Below are positions 1 through 9,868 of a stretch of DNA of 32,000 nt, in pieces. The notes beneath the pieces are model-generated. The model saw only the letters and a program-made list of their open reading frames with translations, did no database searches and had not been told where the DNA came from. Each line of letters begins with the position of its first letter. Positions within the stretch are counted from its first letter, which is position 1. The position numbers and the translations under genes were made by a program. Where the stretch lies: sequence record CP044582.1; one strand, 5' to 3'.

Positions 1-37
1 TTAAAGCAATTAACTGGCTAAGAACTTGTAGGTTCAT
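1..37 (-). CDS. psb30: Probable 5-prime end of photosystem II protein Psb30 (ycf12); the gene runs off the left edge
   Basis: Hand translation of the minus strand from ATG (complement of 35..37) gives MNLQVLSQLIAL. This matches the recalled Psb30/Ycf12 N-terminus (MNLEVIAQL.AL...). Only 12 codons are visible. Confidence 0.4.
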   Translation of the reverse strand, partial: MNLQVLSQLIAL

Positions 38-112
38 ACAGTAATCTAAAATTTAAAATATAGCTAAATTAATCCTCCTGACATTAATATTATTATCAAA
101 TAATATTAACAC

Positions 113-141
113 TTGACATTTCTTTTGTATTACAGGAAAAT
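113..141 (+). promoter_or_regulatory. Candidate sigma70-type promoter for trnE
   Basis: Perfect TTGACA at 113..118, a 17-nt spacer, then a weak -10 GAAAAT at 136..141, about 20 nt upstream of trnE. AT-rich DNA produces such matches by chance. Confidence 0.25.
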
Positions 142-162
142 AATAACTGTCTCGTAACACAA

Positions 163-235
163 GCCCCCATCGTCTAGTGGCCTAGGACATCTCCCTTTCA
201 CGGAGGTAACAGGGATTCGAATTCCCTTGGGGGTA
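163..235 (+). tRNA. trnE: tRNA-Glu (UUC)
   Basis: 73-nt cloverleaf folded by hand. Acceptor GCCCCCA/TGGGGGT, anticodon stem TCTCC/GGAGG, loop CTTTCAC (anticodon TTC), T-loop TTCGAAT. Very similar to the canonical plastid trnE. Confidence 0.93.
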
Positions 236-290
236 TAAATAAAAACAAAACTGTAGATTTCCTTAGTTCAAATTAAGGGAGTCTATAGTT

Positions 291-1808
291 TTAAGAACTA
301 ACAAATTCAGTTTGAGTTTGTTGAATTAAACCTTTTAATAGCGTTTCTAGTTCAGGTGTTAATTTTTTTTCATCACGAATCCCGTTTGTAAATTCAGGAT
401 TAACACGAAGTTTTTCACGTAAACTAGCTAAGAATGTTTTAACATTTGAAATATCAACGTTATCTAGATAACCATTAGTACCAGTATAAATTAATGCTAC
501 TTGATCTTCTACAGAAAGTGGTGAGTATTGGGGTTGTTTTAATAACTCACGTAATCTTTGCCCACGAGCTAATTGACGTTGGGTTGTTGGATCAAGATCT
601 GATGCAAATTGTGAGAAAGCCTGAAGTTCGTCAAATTGTGCTAGCTCAAGTTTTAATGTACCTGCAACTTGTTTCATTGCTTTAATTTGAGCTGCAGAAC
701 CCACACGTGATACCGAAATACCAACGTTAATTGCGGGTCTAATACCTGAGTTAAATAAATCTTCAGAAAGGAAGATTTGTCCATCCGTAATTGAAATTAC
801 GTTCGTTGGAATATATGCTGATACATCTCCAGCTTGTGTTTCAATAATCGGTAGCGCCGTCATACTACCGCCACCAAATACATCGTTTAGTTTTGCTGCT
901 CTTTCTAATAGTCTAGAGTGTAAATAAAATACATCACCAGGGTAAGCTTCACGACCTGGCGGTCGACGAAGTAAAAGAGACATTTGACGATAAGCCTGTG
1001 CTTGTTTTGTTAAATCATCGTAAATTACTAATGTATGACGTCCTGAATACATGTAATATTCAGCAATACTAGCACCTACATATGGCGCAATATACTGCAT
1101 TGGAGCTGGAGCATCAGCATTTGCTGCAATAACTACTGTATATTTTAAGGCACCTTTTTCATTTAAAACACGAACAGCAGAAGCTACTGACGAGGCTTTT
1201 TGTCCAATTGCCACATAAACGCAAACTACATTTTCAGTTGCTTGATTAATGATTGTATCTAATGCAATAGCTGTTTTACCTGTTTGTCGGTCACCAATGA
1301 TAAGCTCACGTTGGCCTCTACCAATAGGAATAATAGAGTCAATAGCAACAATACCAGTTTGTAAAGGTTCACATACTGATTGTCTTTCAACAATACCAGG
1401 AACCGTTGGTTCTAACATTCTTGATGTTTCAATTGTAATAGGACCTTTACCGTCTAATGGACTAGTAAGTGGATCAAGAACACGACCTAACATATCAGGG
1501 CCAATAGGTACTGTCGCAACTCGTCCAGTTCTTTCAACTACAGTACCTTCTTTAATACTTGTAGAATTTGTTACAATAACAACACCTGTATATAACTCTT
1601 CTAAGTTTAAAGCGATTCCTATAATTTCTCCTTCGGCACCTGGTACTTTGAAGTTTAAGATCTCACCTACTACAACGAAATTTAGACCATATACTTGAGC
1701 AATACCGTCACCTACTTGAATTACTGTTCCAGTTTCTTTAACAAAGTTATCTTGAACAGAGAAACGCGTAGCTAACTCATCAAGTTGATCGTAGAAAACA
1801 TTACTCAT
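291..1808 (-). CDS. atpA: ATP synthase CF1 alpha subunit
   Basis: 505-aa ORF with Walker A GDRQTGKT and alpha-subunit motifs ([56 protein letters not shown]). Last gene of the atpI-H-G-F-D-A cluster. Confidence 0.97.
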   Translation of the reverse strand: MSNVFYDQLDELATRFSVQDNFVKETGTVIQVGDGIAQVYGLNFVVVGEILNFKVPGAEGEIIGIALNLEELYTGVVIVTNSTSIKEGTVVERTGRVATVPIGPDMLGRVLDPLTSPLDGKGPITIETSRMLEPTVPGIVERQSVCEPLQTGIVAIDSIIPIGRGQRELIIGDRQTGKTAIALDTIINQATENVVCVYVAIGQKASSVASAVRVLNEKGALKYTVVIAANADAPAPMQYIAPYVGASIAEYYMYSGRHTLVIYDDLTKQAQAYRQMSLLLRRPPGREAYPGDVFYLHSRLLERAAKLNDVFGGGSMTALPIIETQAGDVSAYIPTNVISITDGQIFLSEDLFNSGIRPAINVGISVSRVGSAAQIKAMKQVAGTLKLELAQFDELQAFSQFASDLDPTTQRQLARGQRLRELLKQPQYSPLSVEDQVALIYTGTNGYLDNVDISNVKTFLASLREKLRVNPEFTNGIRDEKKLTPELETLLKGLIQQTQTEFVSS

Positions 1809-1871
1809 TTTATTAAACTAAATCCTAAATTTTATAGTTGTCCTAAATTCCTAGAAACCCTAGAATAAATT

Positions 1872-1892
1872 AATTCTCATTAAATGAGAATT
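1872..1892 (-). terminator. Short stem-loop between the atpD-slot ORF and atpA
   Basis: 9-bp stem aattctcat/atgagaatt with a 3-nt loop, read directly. All-AT flanks partly extend the pairing. Confidence 0.25.
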
Positions 1893-1914
1893 TATTAAAT
1901 ATTATGTGAGAAAT

Positions 1915-2622
1915 TTAATTGTAAAAATTCTCGATTAATTGCGATCCTAATAAACGATTCGTTGTAAAATTAAATACAACAGAGTCTACTCGACAAGTAT
2001 AACCACGAACTATATTTTTGCTCGTTACTTGCTTTTTAATTAAGAAAGCATGATCTGACGGATTCAAACGTTCTGGATTTTCATCCGTAAAATCTAAAAC
2101 ATCTGAAAGTTTATCTAGTAATTTATCACTATTAAAACTTGATGTCCAATCATTTACCGTACAAATCTCATCAACGATTCGAAGTCTATGTAAGCGACAA
2201 ATACGATCAAATACAGATGGAAATACCGAGATTAATGAAGAAACGATTCTATTTCGAAAACTTTCATAAAACCATTTCCCAAATACTAAATCAAATCCGT
2301 GATTAAATGATGTTTTCCAAGTTGGTAATAATACCCTCCAGGTAACAAAATCCTCAGAATCTTTACGACGTGCAGCAATTTTATAACGTATGTTATTTTT
2401 AAAAGATCTACGTACTAAACTTGAATTTAAGTTAGTTTTAGCTTGTTTTGGTATCACTTCTGTAGAAGGAAACGTTTGTGCTGTATGATACGATAATGTT
2501 TTAAACCAAACCCCAATATGATACATATCATATGCGTTTGGTACAGCTTGAAATGCTTTTACAAAATTTTGAATCAAATTTTGGCTTAATTGGACCTTGT
2601 CAAGACATCCCATACGATTCAA
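1915..2622 (-). CDS. atpD: Highly divergent, enlarged ORF in the ATP synthase delta (OSCP) slot; putative atpD
   Basis: 235-aa ORF located exactly between atpF and atpA, as atpD is in red-lineage plastids and cyanobacteria. Only faint resemblance to delta subunits: the N-terminal KVQLSQNLIQNFVKAF resembles the A.PYA.AL..A helix, and the C-terminal GYTCRVDSVVFNFTTNRLLGSQLIENF resembles GG.I...G..V.D.S....L..L. It is Trp/Cys-rich and about 50 aa longer than typical delta subunits. Confidence 0.5.
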   Translation of the reverse strand: MNRMGCLDKVQLSQNLIQNFVKAFQAVPNAYDMYHIGVWFKTLSYHTAQTFPSTEVIPKQAKTNLNSSLVRRSFKNNIRYKIAARRKDSEDFVTWRVLLPTWKTSFNHGFDLVFGKWFYESFRNRIVSSLISVFPSVFDRICRLHRLRIVDEICTVNDWTSSFNSDKLLDKLSDVLDFTDENPERLNPSDHAFLIKKQVTSKNIVRGYTCRVDSVVFNFTTNRLLGSQLIENFYN

Positions 2623-2643
2623 TAATGTTTCTTTAATTTATTA

Positions 2644-3108
2644 CTAACGGCTTTGCCTTATAGTTTTGCCTGTCAATTTTTTTGAAGGACTATTTTCATG
2701 CTTTTGATAAGAACGAAATATTCTATTGACTAATTGTCTATCAAAAGATCTATATTGACCTAAGACTAATGCCTTTAATGCTTTGACTTCCTCAGCAACG
2801 TAAGGTTGAAACTGAGCAAAGTTTGAAGTTTTTGTTTGTCTTAGTTCTTCTATTTTTTCTTTTTGTAAATCGATAGCTTTAATACGTATTTTTTCTAAAG
2901 ATTCTACAGTATCTTTATAACGAAAATTAGCAAGTATCAATCGATTAGCTGCATTATCCAAATTGTCAGAAATTCGTTCTTGACGACTCTTTAAACTTGT
3001 TCGGACTGAATCCGCAAATGCAAAAATTAATAATCCTATCAAAAGTAGAATATTAATTAAATTGGTTTCTAAGATATCAGTATTGATTCCAAACCCAGCT
3101 TCACTCAT
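2644..3108 (-). CDS. atpF: ATP synthase CF0 subunit b
   Basis: 154-aa ORF. The N-terminus FGINTDILETNLINILLLIGLL matches the subunit b signature, followed by a charged coiled-coil. Lies downstream of atpG. Confidence 0.8.
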   Translation of the reverse strand: MSEAGFGINTDILETNLINILLLIGLLIFAFADSVRTSLKSRQERISDNLDNAANRLILANFRYKDTVESLEKIRIKAIDLQKEKIEELRQTKTSNFAQFQPYVAEEVKALKALVLGQYRSFDRQLVNRIFRSYQKHENSPSKKLTGKTIRQSR

Positions 3109-3150
3109 ATAAGAAGTCCTTTAGTTTCGAAAACATCCCATTTATTAATT

Positions 3151-3627
3151 TTATACTCGATTAATAGGTGGTCTAACCCGTAGGTATCTATTAATTTCTT
3201 GGACTACACCCGGTATTAAATCACGAGCTTCAGTTGCTGTAGTAATATAGTTTTTTACCATTGCTTCCCTAGTATCTCGTACCTTGGCTTCCATATACTT
3301 TTTAGATCTAATAACAGCTGTTTGTCGCTTTACTTCGACTTCTCTAGATCTAATTAAATGTCTTTCACGAACAGATTGTAAAATCCTACGTATTTTTTGT
3401 TGCAGTTTTTCTACTTCCTCTAGACTAACTCGAGCATTTTTGAGATTATTTTCAATTTCTTGTTCCCTTTGTTTTAATATTGTTTGGATCGGATTAAATA
3501 AAAGGAAGGATAAAATTTGAACCAACAAAAAAAACTGTATAGTCATAACAGGTAATGTAGCATCTATATCAAATAAGCCACCTGTCTTTTCTAGACTAAG
3601 GTATAGATAGGGTAATGATGTGTACAT
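3151..3627 (-). CDS. atpG: ATP synthase CF0 subunit b-prime
   Basis: 158-aa ORF with GGLFDIDATLPVMTIQFFLLV, the typical b-prime motif, followed by a long charged helix. Lies directly downstream of atpH. Confidence 0.85.
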   Translation of the reverse strand: MYTSLPYLYLSLEKTGGLFDIDATLPVMTIQFFLLVQILSFLLFNPIQTILKQREQEIENNLKNARVSLEEVEKLQQKIRRILQSVRERHLIRSREVEVKRQTAVIRSKKYMEAKVRDTREAMVKNYITTATEARDLIPGVVQEINRYLRVRPPINRV

Positions 3628-3659
3628 ATCCAGAATTTTATTGGATTTGACTTAAGTTG

Positions 3660-3708
3660 AGGCCTTATAAGATGATCTTAGACTAACTAAGATCATCTTA
3701 TAAGGCCT
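3660..3708 (-). terminator. 22-bp perfect stem-loop between atpH and atpG (intercistronic RNA hairpin)
   Basis: 3660..3681 aggccttataagatgatcttag is the exact reverse complement of 3687..3708. The loop is 5 nt (actaa). Confidence 0.6.
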
Positions 3709-3723
3709 AGTTTGGATCTTTAC

Positions 3724-4017
<294 letters not shown>

Positions 4018-4045
4018 TTAGATATATTAAATTAAAATTTAATAT

Positions 4046-4795
4046 TTAATGATGGCCTTCGACTGATTCACCTATATAAGCTGCAGCCAAAGTTGCGAAG
4101 ATCAATGCTTGAATTGAACTTGCGAATAAACCTAATATCATAATAGGTAGTGGTATTAAGATAGGTACTAATAGTGTTAATACACTAACTGTTAATTCAT
4201 CCGCTAAAATGTTACCGAACAACCTAAAACTTAATGATAAAGGTTTAGTAAAATCTTCTAAAATATTGATCGGTAGTAACACAGGAGTTGGTTGGAAATA
4301 TTTCTTAAAGTAAGAAAATCCTTTTTTCTTTAATCCAGCATAAAAATATGTAATAGATGTTGCTAAAGCTAGTGATATAGTTGTGTTAATATCGTTTGTA
4401 GGGGCAGCTAGTTCACCTTCTGGTAAATGAATTAATTTCCAAGGTATTAAAGCTCCTAACCAATTTGATATAAGAATAAATAAGAATAATGTTCCAACGA
4501 AGGGAACCCATTCTACAAAGTTCGAACCCATTTGATTCTTTGCAATACCTTGAACATATTCAACTACAACTTCCATTATATTTTGCCAGTTATTACGTGG
4601 CACTTGATTTAATGTTATAGTGGCCAAAATAGAAGCTCCTAAAATTAGACCAATAACAAGCCAGCTAACAAGAAACACTTGTCCGTGTAGTGAATATCCA
4701 AAAACTTCCCAATAGAAATGTTTTCCTACCTCTAAATCTGCTAATGGTAAAGTTGAGATAGTTGGGTTGTAGTCTAAATATAAGGTTGATGTCAT
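4046..4795 (-). CDS. atpI: ATP synthase CF0 subunit a
   Basis: 249-aa polytopic ORF with the conserved [15 protein letters not shown] motif containing the essential Arg. Confidence 0.95.
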   Translation of the reverse strand: MTSTLYLDYNPTISTLPLADLEVGKHFYWEVFGYSLHGQVFLVSWLVIGLILGASILATITLNQVPRNNWQNIMEVVVEYVQGIAKNQMGSNFVEWVPFVGTLFLFILISNWLGALIPWKLIHLPEGELAAPTNDINTTISLALATSITYFYAGLKKKGFSYFKKYFQPTPVLLPINILEDFTKPLSLSFRLFGNILADELTVSVLTLLVPILIPLPIMILGLFASSIQALIFATLAAAYIGESVEGHH

Positions 4796-4912
4796 AATTA
4801 CTGTTTAAATCGAAAAGAACGACTTTCTATCTCATGAATATTATACGTTATTCCGTATATGTAGTTAAAGTAATTTTATTCGCGCTAAATAGCCAAAACA
4901 AAATTTTATTTT

Positions 4913-5665
4913 TTAATTTAAAGCCGCTTGTACTAGTAACTTATGATTTTGACTCTGTTGATGACCTGCAATTGCTCTTGCTAATCTATGTAAAACATAA
5001 CGAATTGCTTTCACAGAATCATCATTTCCAGGAATACCTAAGTCAACTAAATCTGGATTTGAATTACTGTCAATGATTGAAATAATAGGAATTTTTAAAG
5101 TTTTACATTCTTTAATTGCTGTTAATTCATGCTCTTGATCTATTAAAACAACAACATCAGGCAAGTAGGGCATATTTTTTATTCCTGCTAAGTAATTATT
5201 TAATTTCTCAAGTTCACGTTTCAATTTTGCTGATTCTTTTTTTGGGTAATAATTAAGAATTCCATAAGCCTGTAATGTTTCTAGAACTCTTAATCGTCGA
5301 ATTCGCTTTTGAATAGTTTTCCAATTCGTCAACATTCCTCCAAGCCAGCGATAATTAACATAAAATGCACCACAGCGCATTGCTTCTTGTTGAATTGCAC
5401 TAGCTAACCTTTTTTTCGTTCCAACAAATAGTATAACCTTTCTTTTTAGTGAAGCTGCTCGCAAGTAACGACACGCTTTATTTAAATATTTTTGAGTCTC
5501 ATAAAGGTTAATAAAATGATATTCTCTGTTGACCTCAGGAAAAGAATGGAATAAAAATGGGACCATTTTAGGGTTCCATTCTTTCTTTTTATGACCATAG
5601 TGAAGTCCAACTTTAAAGAAGCGAGCTAATTTTTGATTTATGGTTTGGCGTGTTCCTTCTGCCAT
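4913..5665 (-). CDS. rps2: 30S ribosomal protein S2
   Basis: 250-aa ORF with VGLHYGHKKKEWNPKM, ILFVGTKK, RWLGGMLTNW and GIPGNDDS motifs. Confidence 0.95.
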   Translation of the reverse strand: MAEGTRQTINQKLARFFKVGLHYGHKKKEWNPKMVPFLFHSFPEVNREYHFINLYETQKYLNKACRYLRAASLKRKVILFVGTKKRLASAIQQEAMRCGAFYVNYRWLGGMLTNWKTIQKRIRRLRVLETLQAYGILNYYPKKESAKLKRELEKLNNYLAGIKNMPYLPDVVVLIDQEHELTAIKECKTLKIPIISIIDSNSNPDLVDLGIPGNDDSVKAIRYVLHRLARAIAGHQQSQNHKLLVQAALN

Positions 5666-5710
5666 ATTTTTGTATTATTTTTTGTGTATTCTGTAAATAT
5701 CGCTTGAAAA

Positions 5711-5774
5711 AATAAAATATTTTAAACGTTATATAAATTATACATAATTTATATAACGTTTAAAATATTTTATT
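5711..5774 (-). terminator. 30-bp perfect stem-loop downstream of rpoC2 and upstream of rps2
   Basis: 5711..5740 aataaaatattttaaacgttatataaatta is the exact reverse complement of 5745..5774. The loop is 4 nt (taca). The stem is almost entirely A/T. Confidence 0.6.
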
Positions 5775-5836
5775 CTAATTATATTTATTTAGTTTATCTT
5801 AATTCACAAACGATTTATCTAAGTTAGTAAAATATA

Positions 5837-8800
5837 TTAACTTTTTTCCTTAATTCCTCTAAGTCGAGAACGGAGTGTTGAATGATTTTCCTCACTTAAA
5901 TCAACATTTTCATTTGTAATAGTAGGACAGACATTTTGTTTTTGTAATTTCTTTCTTAAAAATTTCCGACGAGTTGTTAAAGAAACTACACTACGACCAT
6001 ATAGAAAAATATGTTTAGCAATCCATTCATCCAAAAATGTTAAAATACCTGTACCAGAAGGTATTAACCCACCAACAATAACTTTTTCTTTTAATCCTCG
6101 TAGCCAATCAACTTTCCCCTCAATTGCAGCTTGAGTTAAAATTCTAACGGTTTCTTGAAAACTAGCTGCGGAAATGAAACTTTCGGTAGTTAAAGCTGCT
6201 TTTGTTAAACCCAAAATAGCGGGTTTATAATAAACTAAATGTTTTTGTTTTTTTTCAAGCATATTATTTAAGATTAATAATTGTTGAACGTCTAAGTATT
6301 CGCCAGAAACCAATGGTGTATTTCCAGGAAATTCAATCTTGGCTTTTATTATCATCTGTCTAACAATTACTTCTAAATGTCTATCCACAATTTTAATACC
6401 TTGGCTTGCATAAACACCTTGAATGGCTTTAATAAACATCGATGCTAATCGATACAAACTTCGTAATGTTGCTTTGTGATGCGAATCTCTTTGTCTAAAA
6501 TAATCAAATGAAATATCTAAAAGTTGTTGAGGATCAACTAATCCTTTATGAAAACGTTCAGTTAGATTAATATATTGGTAAGGTTCTACTTCAAGATTTT
6601 CGGAATCAATTTCTTCAATTAGATATGGTACTTCTCTAATTGTTCTTAATTGCTTAATATTAGATAAAACTTCAATTTGACTACTTCTGCTTCTAGCATG
6701 AGTCATTATCTTAGTGATAATACCAGCTTTTTCAGCAATAAGTGCTCGATCGGAGGAGCTTCTTGCCTCTAAAATTTCTTCAACTTTGGGTAAACCTTGA
6801 ATAATATCTTGTGTTTTAAAAATTCTATAGGTTACAAAACCTAAAACTGTACTCTCTGGGGCGAAATCTTCATGGTTCTTATAGACTTTAGCCCCTTCTG
6901 TAAATAAATAAGGTTTACCAATTCTAAATTGGATTTTTGAGCCAGTGTAACTTAGTATTTTTCCCCCAATTGTTGAAACAAGTCCATTACCAATATTATC
7001 TCCTGCAAAAACAAAATCTTTGTTTCTATTTTTTAACGTTGTTTCATCAAAATATAGCTCTCGAATATGATCATTACTGACAATCATAAGCTCCTGAGAC
7101 TGATAACGACTAGAATATTGAGATCGAAGGCTAATAGGTTGTCCTATAATATCTCCTCTTACTTCAGAACACCCAATTAATGTATAAGGTTCTAATATCT
7201 GGTTTTGTTTAACCGATGAAATTGTTTTTATTTGTTGAAATTTCAAACGTCTTGGACTAATTTTTGGTCTATTTAGATCTTGAAAACGACCAAATTCAAG
7301 ACACCATCTTTTATTTTGGACTTCTCTAAAATTAATAAGGATATTAATTTTATTTTTTTGTATTTTACTTGGATTACCAACAAAGAGTCCAGTCTCAATT
7401 AAACTTTTTGGAAAATTTTTATTGGCGCTTATTGGCTCATTTAATTTGAAAGTGAAAAATCGCTTTATTTTAACGATTAATTCATCACTAACAACATTTG
7501 AGTTATGGCCAATTGGATTATACTGTTGTGATTGTGGAATGCTATAAATAGTAATAGGCCTAAGAATTAACTTAATAGAATTTAATGAATATATTATTTG
7601 TGAATAAACAATTCGATTAACTTTAATTTGTCCAAATAATATTTCACCGGGAAAAAGTAATTGTGAATCGAATTTTAACTTAAAGTGTTCAATGTTAACT
7701 TTTTCTCTCTTAAACGTTAAGATTGTACCAGATTGAATAGATAAATCATTTATTTTACGGGTTTGCTTGCGATAAGAAATTAAACCATTAATTGGAGAAA
7801 AAATATTCTGATCGATCCAATAATCCTTTTTTATAAAGTTGCCTTCCTTTACATGAAAAAGCCCATTTGAAGTTATGTGCTTATAAATTTCCTCTGGTAA
7901 CCATAAATAAAGTCCACCTTTATTTATTTTGTTCCATAAAGGTAGTTTAGATTTTACTAAAACACTTTTGTTTAAGTTAATAGAATATAAATTTCCACCA
8001 GTATTGACTGTATAAGCTTTTGTTAAATATTTTCCTATGTAACCATTTGAATTATCGAGTTGACTCGGATTTAAAGTTTTTTGTAAGATTAACTTCTGTT
8101 TATTTTTAAATTCTAGAATAAAAAATCTAGACTTTTTAGATTTAAAACTTTTGTGGGAAAAAATTCTTAGTTGTTCTAACTCAAAGAATCTAGAAATTAA
8201 AGCTATATTATTATTTCTAAAAACACAAATTGTTTCTGTAAAAGGATTTGATTTGATTACCAACTTTGTTTTTGCAAATACTTGATTATTAGGTTTATAA
8301 GATCTAACAATTTGTTTAGCTTCAAATGGTAATGTGACAAGATTTCCAGCTAAAACCCAAACAATCATATTGTATTCAAAAAAGTTATACTTTTGTCGAG
8401 CCTGGTAGTAAATCTCACCAGGAAACTTCGTTGACAAGGTTTTTTGTATTTCTGTATCAGAATCTTCTAAGTCTGATGCCGATTGAACAATGGGTTGTCC
8501 CTTTTTTATAAATTCCTGATTTCTTATCATCAGCAAGTCATCACGTTCGACTCTTATTCTAACGACTTCATTTTTATACGTTCGAATCTCAAAAAATGAG
8601 GTAGTTAGAATAACTTGACCATAATCACCTTGAGTTGTTCTAATGAATTGAGTTTTCAAGTTATTAGCAAATTCTACTTGACCTGAATGATTACTTCGTA
8701 CTTGTTGGCTTAACTCGCGACTGAAAACGCCACCCGTATGAAATGTTCGCATAGTCAGCTGTGTACCTGGTTCTCCAATAGATTGAGCAGCTATAATACC

Positions 8801-9814
8801 AATAGCTTCTCCAATTTCAATTAAACGATATTGTGTTAAATCCCATCCAAAACAAGTTTGACAAACAGAGCGATAAGACTGGCACGTTAAAGGAGAACGA
8901 ACACTGATAATAGGAATTTTTAATTCATTTATTTTATTTGAAAGATGAAAATCAATTTCTTGGCCTCGATTTGCAAGTAATGTTTTTGTAGCTGGATCAA
9001 TTAAAGGTTTAGCTAAAATTCTTCCAATTAAGCGTTCCTCAAATGAAGCCTTTGTCTGATTATCGTAAGGTCTTGAGCAAACTATTAAAATACCATATTT
9101 GGATTGGCAATCAAATTGTCGTACAACAACATCTTGTGCTATATCGATAAGACGTCTTGTCATATAACCAGAGTCAGCAGTTCGAATTGCAGTATCAACT
9201 AATCCTTTTCTCGCACCATAAGATGATATTAAGAAATCAATAACAGTTAAACCTTCTCTAAAATTCTTTTGAATTGCCGATCCAATCATTTCGCCTTTTT
9301 GATCGGACATTAAACCTCTCATACCAATTAGTTGTCGTACTTGTGAAAGATTTCCCCTTGCACCAGAAAAAGTCATCATGTAAAGCGGATTTAAAGGATC
9401 TGTCCTTTCAAAGAACTCAACAATTTCATTTTTTAAGACTTCACTTGTTAAATTCCATGCCATTACTTGTTTTTGAAACCACTCAGAACTAGTTAGTTCA
9501 CCTCTTTGATATTTAGTTTCACCATTTGCTAACTCTTTATTTGTAGAACTAACTAATGGAGTTTTTGTTCTAGGAACTTTTAGATCCTCTAAACTGATTG
9601 AAAGCCCACCTTTGGTTGCATAATTAAAGCCTGCCTCTTTTAGTAACTCGGCTAACATACATGTTTTTCGAATTCCATAATTTCGAAACATCCATAGTAA
9701 TAACTCTTCTAATTCTTTTTTTGTAATTACTTGATTTAGGAAAATAAAACTTCGGGGATTATAGGAATCTATATTTTTCAATTTTGACTGTAAATTTTGC
9801 ATTTTTGTAGACAC
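5837..9814 (-). CDS. rpoC2: RNA polymerase beta-double-prime subunit
   Basis: 1325-aa ORF. It has a conserved N-terminal region (GLSISLEDL, GARGN..QVRQL.GMRGLM, EGLTVIDF, SGYMTRRL) and the trigger-loop halves TMRTFHTGGVF and DIIQGLPKVEEILEAR, separated by the large lineage-specific insertion. Confidence 0.95.
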   Translation of the reverse strand: MSTKMQNLQSKLKNIDSYNPRSFIFLNQVITKKELEELLLWMFRNYGIRKTCMLAELLKEAGFNYATKGGLSISLEDLKVPRTKTPLVSSTNKELANGETKYQRGELTSSEWFQKQVMAWNLTSEVLKNEIVEFFERTDPLNPLYMMTFSGARGNLSQVRQLIGMRGLMSDQKGEMIGSAIQKNFREGLTVIDFLISSYGARKGLVDTAIRTADSGYMTRRLIDIAQDVVVRQFDCQSKYGILIVCSRPYDNQTKASFEERLIGRILAKPLIDPATKTLLANRGQEIDFHLSNKINELKIPIISVRSPLTCQSYRSVCQTCFGWDLTQYRLIEIGEAIGIIAAQSIGEPGTQLTMRTFHTGGVFSRELSQQVRSNHSGQVEFANNLKTQFIRTTQGDYGQVILTTSFFEIRTYKNEVVRIRVERDDLLMIRNQEFIKKGQPIVQSASDLEDSDTEIQKTLSTKFPGEIYYQARQKYNFFEYNMIVWVLAGNLVTLPFEAKQIVRSYKPNNQVFAKTKLVIKSNPFTETICVFRNNNIALISRFFELEQLRIFSHKSFKSKKSRFFILEFKNKQKLILQKTLNPSQLDNSNGYIGKYLTKAYTVNTGGNLYSINLNKSVLVKSKLPLWNKINKGGLYLWLPEEIYKHITSNGLFHVKEGNFIKKDYWIDQNIFSPINGLISYRKQTRKINDLSIQSGTILTFKREKVNIEHFKLKFDSQLLFPGEILFGQIKVNRIVYSQIIYSLNSIKLILRPITIYSIPQSQQYNPIGHNSNVVSDELIVKIKRFFTFKLNEPISANKNFPKSLIETGLFVGNPSKIQKNKINILINFREVQNKRWCLEFGRFQDLNRPKISPRRLKFQQIKTISSVKQNQILEPYTLIGCSEVRGDIIGQPISLRSQYSSRYQSQELMIVSNDHIRELYFDETTLKNRNKDFVFAGDNIGNGLVSTIGGKILSYTGSKIQFRIGKPYLFTEGAKVYKNHEDFAPESTVLGFVTYRIFKTQDIIQGLPKVEEILEARSSSDRALIAEKAGIITKIMTHARSRSSQIEVLSNIKQLRTIREVPYLIEEIDSENLEVEPYQYINLTERFHKGLVDPQQLLDISFDYFRQRDSHHKATLRSLYRLASMFIKAIQGVYASQGIKIVDRHLEVIVRQMIIKAKIEFPGNTPLVSGEYLDVQQLLILNNMLEKKQKHLVYYKPAILGLTKAALTTESFISAASFQETVRILTQAAIEGKVDWLRGLKEKVIVGGLIPSGTGILTFLDEWIAKHIFLYGRSVVSLTTRRKFLRKKLQKQNVCPTITNENVDLSEENHSTLRSRLRGIKEKS

Positions 9815-9868
9815 TTTAGATTAAATAACGTTTAATGTTTAAAAATTAATACCTAAATTTTCTATCTT

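Noticed and set aside
1249-1698. 149-aa plus-strand ORF inside atpA. The 494..685 ORF is of the same kind.
   Set aside because: It lies antisense to a strongly conserved gene and has low-complexity composition. Long antisense open frames are a common artefact opposite conserved coding sequence.
3284-3520. 78-aa plus-strand ORF antisense to atpG
   Set aside because: It overlaps a recognisable gene on the other strand, has no motif and has no upstream signals.
4834-5076. 80-aa plus-strand ORF overlapping the 3-prime end of rps2
   Set aside because: Mostly antisense to rps2, AT-rich low-complexity peptide, no recognisable family.
7000-8730. Very large Asn/Lys/Ile-rich segment in the middle of rpoC2 that looks like a foreign insertion
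   Set aside because: It lies between the two trigger-loop halves (TFHTGGVF and DIIQGLPKVEEILEAR). That is where cyanobacterial and plastid beta-double-prime subunits carry their well-known lineage-specific insertion, so it is expected rather than novel.
9274-9492. 72-aa plus-strand ORF antisense to rpoC2
   Set aside because: Antisense artefact within a conserved region of rpoC2.
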